A stretch of DNA of 64,000 nucleotides from an uncultured delta proteobacterium (GTDB lineage Bacteria > Desulfobacterota > Binatia > Binatales > Binataceae). The notes beneath the pieces were generated by a model, which was given only the letters and a program-made list of their open reading frames with translations, was not told where the DNA came from and searched no databases. The stretch spans positions 736,001-800,000 of the forward strand of contig CAVRVY010000001.1 in the NCBI GenBank assembly GCA_963724765.1, given 5' to 3'. Both the position numbers and the translations under genes were made by a program. Each line of letters begins with the position of its first letter. Position 1 is the stretch's first letter. This document shows, in pieces, positions 1 to 7,415 of this stretch.

Positions 1-101
1 AGCAACAGCAACGCTAATGAGGCGGTTAAGAGCAACCGGAACGCCGTTGAACGACGAGTGCCACTGATAAGAGCCTTAGACCAGAACGTGGAACCCTCCA
101 T
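1..101 (-). CDS. 5' end of a probable secreted/membrane protein (runs off the window edge)
   Basis: GGAGG RBS (complement of 108-112) then ATG at 101; translates as MEGSTFWSKALISGTRRSTAFRLLLTASLALLL..., signal-peptide-like; not in ORF track. Confidence 0.55.
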   Translation of the reverse strand, partial: MEGSTFWSKALISGTRRSTAFRLLLTASLALLL

Positions 102-589
102 GATAATCCTCCATCGTGCGACTCTATTAGTCTTGGTTAGTCGTGCTGCACATCACGACAAGTTGGAAATCCGTGTTTGTTCGTGTCGCGGTTAACGAGA
201 GCAATATCTATTCCGCACATGGTGAGTTGGATAACGCTTGAATTCATCTGAAAGCTCGCGAGCAAAAGAACTTTCTTTCAATTTTCTCGGGAATTATTAC
301 ACACCTGAATTGTTTCTCGCTCCGGAACCTTCGACTGCGAAGAGGGCAAATCCTATGAGTATCTTATCTATTGACTGCGTACCTAGGGGAAGATCCCGCC
401 GCAGGACTGCGGCAGGCGCTGCCATGTAAATCGGTCCGGCGGCAGAATTTCTCAACCGCTTCAGAGCGATGGAATCAGACGCGAGACGAGGCGTTGATGC
501 GCGTCGGGCCGGATACCGGCGGCCACGCAAATATGTGAGCTTCGGTCAGCCCTATGTGAGAATCCAGGCGGACGGCTGGCGTGCCCGCC

Positions 590-886
590 CTAGAGTTCGC
601 TTGCGAGCCTCAGCGCGTCGCTCCAATCGACGATCGGTTCGAGCCGGCGCCTCAGCACGATTCCCGCCGCGAGCGCCTTGGCGAACGGGTTGAAAGTCAG
701 CGAATGGTCCTTGATATCGAGCACGAGCACCACCTTGGCCTCTTCGTTCGACATCCACGGCCCGGCCTTCAGCGTCACGCCGGGCGGGAAGCCGCCCTCG
801 AAAACCTCGGCAAAAAATTTGAGCGCGCGTTTGGCGTTCTCGGGGCTGGAGGCGTTGAGATAAATTTCATCGAGATAGAGCGGCAT
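590..886 (-). CDS. DUF3303-like small protein
   Basis: ~98 aa; 'PPGVTLKAGPW...KVVLVLD...LEPIVD' pattern resembles DUF3303/GYD-like ferredoxin-fold proteins; AGGAG RBS favours ATG at 886. Confidence 0.6.
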   Translation of the reverse strand: MPLYLDEIYLNASSPENAKRALKFFAEVFEGGFPPGVTLKAGPWMSNEEAKVVLVLDIKDHSLTFNPFAKALAAGIVLRRRLEPIVDWSDALRLASEL

Positions 887-899
887 CGTCATTCTCCTG

Positions 900-1823
900 T
901 TATGCGAACGCCGGCATCACTTCGCGCGCGAACAACTCGACCGTCTGCGGTGGCGCCAGGTCGGCGAACATCATCGTGAACATCGTGATGCCCCACCCGA
1001 CGCGTTCGCGCAACTGCTTAATCACCTCGTCCGGAGTGCCCTTCACTGCGGTGAATGAGAAAGGCTTGCGCCGCTTGGCCATCTCCCACTTCCGATCGAC
1101 CTCGGCCTGGTTCGCGCCGATACAAACCATCAGTTGCTCCGAGACGGTGATTTCACCGGGGTCGCGGCCCACCGCGCGGCAATGCTCGTGCAGCACGCCG
1201 AGGGTTTTTTTGAAGTCGCGATAGCCCGCCGGGCAGTTCCAGCGATCGGCGTATTGGGCGACCAGCCGCAGCATCACTTTTTCGCCGGCGCCGCCGATCA
1301 TGATCGGCGGATGCGGCTTCTGGACGGGCTTGGGATTGTTGGGCGCGTCGGTGACCGTGTAGTAGCGGCCTTTGAAGCTCGCGCGGTTCTCGGTGAACAT
1401 CGCCTTGAGGATCTGCAGGCCCTCCTCGAGCTGGCGCAGCCGGGTGCCGACCGACGGAAACTCGTAGCCGTTGGCGCGGTACTCCTGCTCCATCCAGCCC
1501 GCGCCCAGACCGACTTCGAGCCGGCCGTTGGAGATATGGTCGATGGTCGTGAGCGACTTGGCCAGCAGCGCTGGATTGCGAAATGAGTTGCACAACACCA
1601 GCGTGCCGATACGTACGCGCTCGGTGCGTGCGGCGATCGCGCTCATCATCGTGATCGCTTCGAGCAGGTCAACGTCGGGCATGCCGATCGTCCAGAAATG
1701 ATCGACCAGCCAGAAGGAGTGATAGCCCAGGCGCTCGGCCATCTCGGCGCGGTCGAGCAGGGTCTTGACGGTCGCGCCGGCTTGCGGCGACCAGAACGCG
1801 AATTCAACTTTTCCGCTCATCAT
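900..1823 (-). CDS. LLM-class (probably F420-dependent) oxidoreductase
   Basis: Motifs 'GYHSFWLVDHF', 'RIGTLVLCNSFRNPALLAK', 'SNGRLEVGLGAGW', 'PKPVQKPHPPIMIGGAGEK'; AAGGAG RBS upstream. Confidence 0.9.
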   Translation of the reverse strand: MMSGKVEFAFWSPQAGATVKTLLDRAEMAERLGYHSFWLVDHFWTIGMPDVDLLEAITMMSAIAARTERVRIGTLVLCNSFRNPALLAKSLTTIDHISNGRLEVGLGAGWMEQEYRANGYEFPSVGTRLRQLEEGLQILKAMFTENRASFKGRYYTVTDAPNNPKPVQKPHPPIMIGGAGEKVMLRLVAQYADRWNCPAGYRDFKKTLGVLHEHCRAVGRDPGEITVSEQLMVCIGANQAEVDRKWEMAKRRKPFSFTAVKGTPDEVIKQLRERVGWGITMFTMMFADLAPPQTVELFAREVMPAFA

Positions 1824-1891
1824 GTGCTCCTTGGTCAAGGCTCCTTCGTTAACCCTTCCGGACTCCGCGCGATGGTTATGTGAGACGATTC

Positions 1892-1930
1892 CTTTTACTG
1901 TTTCACTGTTTCTCTTTTACTGTTTTACTG
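1892..1930. repeat. 17-bp direct repeat x2 (CTTTTACTGTTTYACTG), 22-bp period
   Basis: 1892-1908 and 1914-1930, 16/17 identical, in a divergent intergenic region. Confidence 0.8.
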
Positions 1931-1947
1931 CGCGGATGCACAACGCA

Positions 1948-3108
1948 ATGAGACGGCGAATCGCGATCGCATTTTGCGGCGCGCTGATGCTCGCGATCGC
2001 GATGGCCCTCGGCGATTCGCGCTGCGCGTTCGCGTCGCCGCCGCCGCAGGGATTCTCACAACTCGGCGCGCCGCGCGCGCTCAAGGGCGCGCCGGGTACT
2101 TACGAATGGCATTTCGTCGCGGAGCGCGGGCCCTCGCCATTCGACCGTATCGGGCTCCATCGGATCGCGAGCGGCCCGGCCGCGCCGGCGCATCCGGGAA
2201 TCGTGATGCTCTATCTTGCGGGCACCAACATGAATGGCGAAATCGCAATCGACGATCAGCGCTACTCGATGCCGCTTTACCTGGCGGCGCACGGCGTCGA
2301 CGTGTGGGCGATGGACTACCGCACCCACTTCGTCCCGCCCGATACGCCGGCGGAGAAGCTCGCGGTGATGACCGGATGGACGAAGCGCGTGTTCGAGGGC
2401 GATATCGAGGCTGCGGCCGCGTTCGTGAGCGCCCGGACGCATAGTGAAAAGCTCTTCATCGCCGGGTTCAGCCGCGGCGCGACCTTCGCCTACCTCTTCG
2501 CGGCGCTGCATCCGCAAGAGGTGGCGGGACTCGTGATCCTCGACGGCTTCATCCCGCACCGTTATGTCTCGTCGATGCCCGCGGGGCGCGTCGCCGACGA
2601 TATCGGCGGACGCCATCTGACCTACGACAAGCGCCAGGCGCTGATGGCGGCGGTGATTCGCGATCCCGGCGGTCCGGCGCCTCTACCTGAATACAAAACC
2701 GCGGCGGAAAATCTCGAGCATGTGGTCTATGACGCGGACGGCCTGTTCGGAGCACATGGCGGGCTTGCGAATCCGCAGGGCGGGTTTTCGGATCCCTCCG
2801 TGCTGGCGCGGGTGTTGATTGGTTACGACCGTTGGTGGCCCGCCGTGCAGGATTACGACAACCCGTTCGACGCGAGTACGCTGGCGCGGCTCAAGGCTTC
2901 AAAGATTCCGGTGATCGCGTTCAGCAGCACCAACATTTCCGCGCAATGGCCCGCGATGGTGGCCGGCTCGGCGGCGGCGACCGGTAGCACCAGCGTAACC
3001 GTCAAACAGCTCGTCGGATGGGGCCATCTCGACGTCATCTGCGGCACGCACGCGGAGAGCGAAGTCTACGCGCCGCTGCTCGCATGGCTCAGGCGGCATC
3101 AGAAGTAG
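1948..3108 (+). CDS. Exported alpha/beta hydrolase
   Basis: Signal peptide MRRRIAIAFCGALMLAIAMA; nucleophile elbow GFSRG; C-terminal GHLD. Confidence 0.8.
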   Translation: MRRRIAIAFCGALMLAIAMALGDSRCAFASPPPQGFSQLGAPRALKGAPGTYEWHFVAERGPSPFDRIGLHRIASGPAAPAHPGIVMLYLAGTNMNGEIAIDDQRYSMPLYLAAHGVDVWAMDYRTHFVPPDTPAEKLAVMTGWTKRVFEGDIEAAAAFVSARTHSEKLFIAGFSRGATFAYLFAALHPQEVAGLVILDGFIPHRYVSSMPAGRVADDIGGRHLTYDKRQALMAAVIRDPGGPAPLPEYKTAAENLEHVVYDADGLFGAHGGLANPQGGFSDPSVLARVLIGYDRWWPAVQDYDNPFDASTLARLKASKIPVIAFSSTNISAQWPAMVAGSAAATGSTSVTVKQLVGWGHLDVICGTHAESEVYAPLLAWLRRHQK

Positions 3109-3355
3109 TCGGCGGCCCAGCTTGCGCGCGCGGACGCAGCAGCAGCGTCGCCGCCAGCGCCCACATCCCGAGCGCGAAGCCGAGCAGCGCCCACACCAGC
3201 GGCGAGCGGCCGCGGCGCGAGGCGATAGTCGCGGTGAGCGGCGCCAGCGCCGCGTCGATAATCAGCGAAGTCGCGATTATCTCCGCCGGGCCCCCACGAT
3301 AACGCATCAGGGCGAAGCCGGAGGTCACGTTGAGGATGGTCGCGATCGTCCACAT
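3089..3355 (-). CDS. Small membrane protein
   Basis: 88 aa with three hydrophobic segments; 'RRGRSPLVWALLGFALG'. Confidence 0.6.
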   Translation of the reverse strand: MWTIATILNVTSGFALMRYRGGPAEIIATSLIIDAALAPLTATIASRRGRSPLVWALLGFALGMWALAATLLLRPRAQAGPPTTSDAA

Positions 3356-3485
3356 CGGGTTACGCGCAGGTCATCAGTTGCGCGCGAGATTGCGCGAGCT
3401 AGCACGGAGCTTATTGCGCACACAAGCCGTCGATTGGTTGCACTTTGGCTTGCGGCGCTCCCGCGCGGGACTATAGTTGTTAGTT

Positions 3486-3923
3486 ATGGCACGCCGCGAC
3501 GCCGAAAGCATCGTTTCAAAGCTGCGCCAGATGAGCGAGGAAGGGCTGGGTAGCGTGATGGGCGAGTTGATGGCCAACGAACGGATGCGTAAGGGGCTGG
3601 GACGCGCGGGAGAACGATTGATGGCCAACAAGCACGTCTTCGATCGCAACGTCGAGACCGTTCTCGACTTCGTCAACATCCCGTCCAAACGCGACATCCG
3701 CGAATTGAAGTCCCGACTCGACACACTGTCCAGCCAGCTGGTCAACCTTAGCATGAAGATAGACCGGATGCTGGCGGTGGGCGAAATGCCCGCGCCGCGT
3801 CAGGCCCGCGCCGCCTCAGACCAGCCCGAACCAGTCGAACCCGTGCGGCCGGTGCGGCCAGTCCGGCCGGCGCCTGGCCCACGTCCGGTTCCGCGCCGGC
3901 GCAAGGGCCGCGGCAACCCCTAA
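3486..3923 (+). CDS. Phasin/PHA-granule-associated-like coiled-coil protein
   Basis: 'VLDFVNIPSKRDIRELKSRLDTLSSQL' resembles the PhaF/PhaI-type motif; basic Pro/Arg-rich tail (PVRPVRPVRP). Confidence 0.55.
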   Translation: MARRDAESIVSKLRQMSEEGLGSVMGELMANERMRKGLGRAGERLMANKHVFDRNVETVLDFVNIPSKRDIRELKSRLDTLSSQLVNLSMKIDRMLAVGEMPAPRQARAASDQPEPVEPVRPVRPVRPAPGPRPVPRRRKGRGNP

Positions 3924-4009
3924 AAGCAGTTCCGCAAGCACTCCTTAGGCCGCGCAAGCGCCTCGAAGGCTGCCGCGCAGGATTGCGACCGCGACGGCTT
4001 CAGCCACCT

Positions 4010-5131
4010 TCACAGGATCGCGAGACTCTGCTCCAGCCGGGCGAGGTCGGCAAGTTCGGCCGGCTCGCGCCCGAGGTCGGGCATCGCGAGCAGCTCTAAT
4101 CCCGCGGCCCCGCCTGCGCGCAACGATGCGATCGCGGCGGCTTCGCGCTGATGCAGCGCCGCGAACTCCTCGGCCGCGCGCGCGAGCTTGCGCCTAAGCG
4201 CGGGCGCAAGCGGCGCGCGCGCGATCTGCTCAGCCGACGGAATTGCGGGCAGTGTGCGGTTGACGATGACCGCGCGCGGCTCGATCCTGGCCGTGCGCAG
4301 TGCGGCGAGGAACTCGTGCGCCTGTGCGGTGCGCTCCGGCTCGGCGGTGGTGACCAAGACCACCGTGGTGTCGGCGGCGACGAGGAGTTGCTGCGCGCGC
4401 GCGGCGCGCTCGGCAAATCCGGCATACATGCCGTCGAAGCCGCGCACGAAGGCCTGCACGTCGCCGAGCAGATGGAGTCCCGTCAGACGATCGAAGGCGG
4501 AGAGCACGGCACGCGCGGCGAGGTCGACGACGCTGAATCCGCGGCGCATCCCGCCGCCCAGCAGAGTGACGGCGCGCGAGTTGAGCAGATCGAGCAGGCG
4601 TCGCGGCGCGTCGAGAAAGTCCAGCGCTTCGCGCGCGGGCGGCGTGTCGAGCACCACCAGGTCGGTCGCCGGCTCCTCGGCAAGCTCGAGCAGTCGCTCC
4701 ATCGCCATGTAATCTCCCACCCCGGCCAGGGCCTGCGACAGATTGCGGTAGATACGGTTTTGCATGATCGCGTCGGCGGCGGCGGGCGAGAGCGCGTGGC
4801 GCGCGACAATCGCGTCGAAGGTGCGCTTGGGATCCATGCGGAGTGCGCGCAGGCGTCCGGCGCGTAGCGCCGGACGCCTGCGCGCACTCGCCTCATCAGC
4901 CAGATCGCCAAGCGGCACCTCGCGTGGCTCGGCAGCGTCGACGCCGCCGAGGCCGAGCGCGTCGAGCAGGCGCGGCGCCGGGTCGACGGTCATCACGTCG
5001 ACCCGCCGCCCGGCGACCGCGGCGCCGAGCGCGAGCGCCGCGCTGACCGTGGTCTTGCCTACGCCGCCGGGGCCAAGGCATACGAGGAGGCGGCCGGCGA
5101 GCAGGCCGTGCGATGGATGCGCGGCGGTCAT
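4010..5131 (-). CDS. ArsA/Get3-family ATPase, BagB (Rv3680)-like
   Basis: GPGGVGKTT, switch I 'VDPAPRLLDALG', switch II 'LDTPP'. Confidence 0.85.
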   Translation of the reverse strand: MTAAHPSHGLLAGRLLVCLGPGGVGKTTVSAALALGAAVAGRRVDVMTVDPAPRLLDALGLGGVDAAEPREVPLGDLADEASARRRPALRAGRLRALRMDPKRTFDAIVARHALSPAAADAIMQNRIYRNLSQALAGVGDYMAMERLLELAEEPATDLVVLDTPPAREALDFLDAPRRLLDLLNSRAVTLLGGGMRRGFSVVDLAARAVLSAFDRLTGLHLLGDVQAFVRGFDGMYAGFAERAARAQQLLVAADTTVVLVTTAEPERTAQAHEFLAALRTARIEPRAVIVNRTLPAIPSAEQIARAPLAPALRRKLARAAEEFAALHQREAAAIASLRAGGAAGLELLAMPDLGREPAELADLARLEQSLAIL

Positions 5132-6159
5132 GCGGGCCGCGCCGGCTTCGCAGGCCGCGCCGGTTTGGCTGACCGCGCGGCTTTCGCCGCCGGCGCCGGC
5201 TTTCCCGCTCGACGCGGGGCTGCTCCCGGCGCAGCCGGGAACAGCCCCGCGTCGAGCGCGCGGCTCAGCTCCTCGAGTTCAGCCCGGCCCATCGCCGGGC
5301 TGAATAGCATCGGCAACTCGACCACGCTGAGCCCGGCGCGGGACGCTTCGCGGCGCGCCCGCGCCGCGAAGCGTCCCGCGCCGTCGCGCCATTGCGCGAG
5401 GCGCGCGTATCCGGGATGCGCCCCGACAGCGTTGAGCGCGTCGAGTTCGTCGATCTCGCGCGCGCTGAACAACGGATGCGGCACGCAGTTGAGCACCGCC
5501 GCGGCGACGCTCACGCCGAGCCGCCCACGCAGGACATCCGAGGCCTCCAGCGCCTCGCGCAGCGCCAGCTCCTGCGGCGTCAGCGTCAGCATCACGGCAA
5601 AGCGCGTCGCGTCGGCGAGAAAACTCTCGACGTTGGCGGCCAGCCGGTTGAGCGTTCCGAGCGGCGCGATTTGCTTGAGCGCCGCCGGCACCGAGAGCAA
5701 CTCCAGCGCGCTACCGGTGGCCGGCGCGTCGACCACCGTATAGCGGTCCTCCAGCGCGGCGCGCCCGGCGATGATTCGCAGGCGCTCGAGCATCAGGAAC
5801 GCCTCCAGCCCCGGCAGCGCGGCACTGACGTAGCCGAAGGTGCGGCTCTGGAGCATTCGGCGCGCGATCGCTCTGATCGGCACGATACGTTCGATGAACA
5901 CTTCGAGCTCGGTGCTTGCGCTTAGCGAGATCGTTTCCAGATTGGCGATCGCGGCCGCGCCCCTGTTATGCGGCCCGTCGTCGTCCTGATTATTGCCCGA
6001 CTCGAGGCCGAGCATCCGCGCCGCCCACATCCGCTGGTCGAGGTCGACCAGCAGGGTCGGGCGCCGTCGCGCCAGACACAGCGCAAGCGCCGCGGCCACC
6101 GCGCTCTTGCCCGTGCCGCCCTTGCCGGTGATCAGGATTAGCCGCGCGAGCGCCATCAC
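5128..6159 (-). CDS. ArsA/Get3-family ATPase, BagA (Rv3679)-like
   Basis: GKGGTGKS, degenerate switch I, 'VVDAPATG'; 4-bp overlap with its partner. Confidence 0.85.
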   Translation of the reverse strand: MMALARLILITGKGGTGKSAVAAALALCLARRRPTLLVDLDQRMWAARMLGLESGNNQDDDGPHNRGAAAIANLETISLSASTELEVFIERIVPIRAIARRMLQSRTFGYVSAALPGLEAFLMLERLRIIAGRAALEDRYTVVDAPATGSALELLSVPAALKQIAPLGTLNRLAANVESFLADATRFAVMLTLTPQELALREALEASDVLRGRLGVSVAAAVLNCVPHPLFSAREIDELDALNAVGAHPGYARLAQWRDGAGRFAARARREASRAGLSVVELPMLFSPAMGRAELEELSRALDAGLFPAAPGAAPRRAGKPAPAAKAARSAKPARPAKPARPA

Positions 6160-6193
6160 GTAGAATGTAAAGCCGCGCGCTGCGGCGGTCTAT

Positions 6194-6283
6194 CCGTTGA
6201 AGACATTGGTCCCGTTGAAGACATTTGCTCCCGTTGAGAAGATTTGCCACTTGGTGGACATTTGCCGCGTTACGGACATTAAC
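6194..6283. repeat. Degenerate 18-19 bp tandem repeat, about 5 units (CCGTTGAAGACATT core)
   Basis: Units start at 6194, 6212 and 6231, with weaker ones near 6250 and 6268; GACATT recurs at 6202, 6220, 6257 and 6275. Confidence 0.75.
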
Positions 6284-6294
6284 CCGGGGGTCGC

Positions 6295-6528
6295 ATGCAG
6301 GAATCCGCTGACGAAGGATCATTTCAAAGCGTGCTGCTGGCGATAGTGCCTGCCCGAATCGCGCGCTTCAAGGCGATCGTCGAGTCGTACGACAACCTGG
6401 CGACCCTACGCACCGAGGACCCGCGCCATCATTATTTACGCTTGTTCTTCGACGCCGCGTCGGCCGCCGAGGTCAACGCGCTGCTCGACTCGCTGAGCGC
6501 GGATTTTTCGATTCGCCGTATCGGCTAG
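6295..6528 (+). CDS. DUF4911-like protein
   Basis: 77 aa; 'IARFKAIVESYDNLATLRTED' is typical of DUF4911. Confidence 0.7.
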   Translation: MQESADEGSFQSVLLAIVPARIARFKAIVESYDNLATLRTEDPRHHYLRLFFDAASAAEVNALLDSLSADFSIRRIG

Positions 6529-6554
6529 CGCTTCGGCGTTCGTCAGGGTCGAAG

Positions 6555-7415
6555 GTGGATTTGATTGGAGTCAACAGTCCGATCAACGAAGCGAGCATAA
6601 GACTCGGGGCTTTTTTTGCGGTGCTCACCGCGATGGCGGTTTGGGAAGCCGCGGCGCCACGCCGGCCAAGGTCATATTCGAGGTTCAGGCGCTGGCCGAG
6701 CAATCTCGCGGTCGTGGCGCTGAACACGGCACTCATCCGGATTCTGCTTCCGACCACGGCTATAGCTCTGGCCATGCTCGGGGCGAAGCGAGGCTGGGGA
6801 TTGTTCAACAACCTGCCGCTTCCGTCATGGATGGCAATTGCTGCGTCGATCGTCCTGCTCGATGCCGCCATCTATCTCCAGCACGTGATATTTCACGCGG
6901 TGCCCGCGTTGTGGCGCGTGCATCGAATGCATCACGCCGACCTCGACATCGATGTGACCACGGGCACGCGCTTCCATCCGATCGAGATCGTGCTTTCAAT
7001 GCTGATCAAGTTCGGCGTGGTGGTGGCGCTGGGAGCGCCGGCGCTCGGCGTGCTCATTTTCGAGGTTCTGCTGAACGTCACCTCGATGTTCAATCACGGG
7101 AATGTTCGCATCCCGATCCGCCTCGATCGTTATCTTCGATGGCTGATAGTCACTCCGGACATGCACCGGGTGCATCACTCCGTCGCAGTGCGGGAAACCA
7201 ACAGCAACTTTGGCTTCAACCTGTCCTGGTGGGATCGCCTGCTCGGGACCTATCGCGATCAGCCCGCCGCCGGCCACGACGGGATGATCATCGGTATCGC
7301 GCAATTCCGCGCAGCGCGCGAGTTGTGGCTCGACCGGATGCTGCTGCAGCCGTTGCGCGGCCCTGCGGGCGCGTACGCGTTTGGAGATCGAGGCAGTTGT
7401 ACAAAGCCGCGTTAG
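6555..7415 (+). CDS. Sterol desaturase / fatty acid hydroxylase family protein
   Basis: His boxes HVIFH, HRMHH, FNH, HRVHH; 'NSNFGFNLSWWDRLLGTY'; membrane segments. Confidence 0.9.
   Translation: MDLIGVNSPINEASIRLGAFFAVLTAMAVWEAAAPRRPRSYSRFRRWPSNLAVVALNTALIRILLPTTAIALAMLGAKRGWGLFNNLPLPSWMAIAASIVLLDAAIYLQHVIFHAVPALWRVHRMHHADLDIDVTTGTRFHPIEIVLSMLIKFGVVVALGAPALGVLIFEVLLNVTSMFNHGNVRIPIRLDRYLRWLIVTPDMHRVHHSVAVRETNSNFGFNLSWWDRLLGTYRDQPAAGHDGMIIGIAQFRAARELWLDRMLLQPLRGPAGAYAFGDRGSCTKPR

Noticed and set aside
335-400. GGCAAA motif suggesting a c-di-GMP-I riboswitch
   Set aside because: The following GAAA-tetraloop stem and GCAAAG element are missing, and it faces away from the nearby gene.
1765-1947. 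N-terminal extension of the hydrolase in the ORF track
   Set aside because: It overlaps the divergent LLM gene and promoter; the signal peptide begins at 1948.
4010-6159. Arsenic-resistance operon
   Set aside because: No arsB/acr3, arsC, arsD or arsR nearby, and the motif pattern fits BagAB-type Get3 homologues.
6194-6283. Possible mini-CRISPR array
   Set aside because: Units are 18-19 bp, contiguous and degenerate, with no unique spacers and no cas genes in the window.
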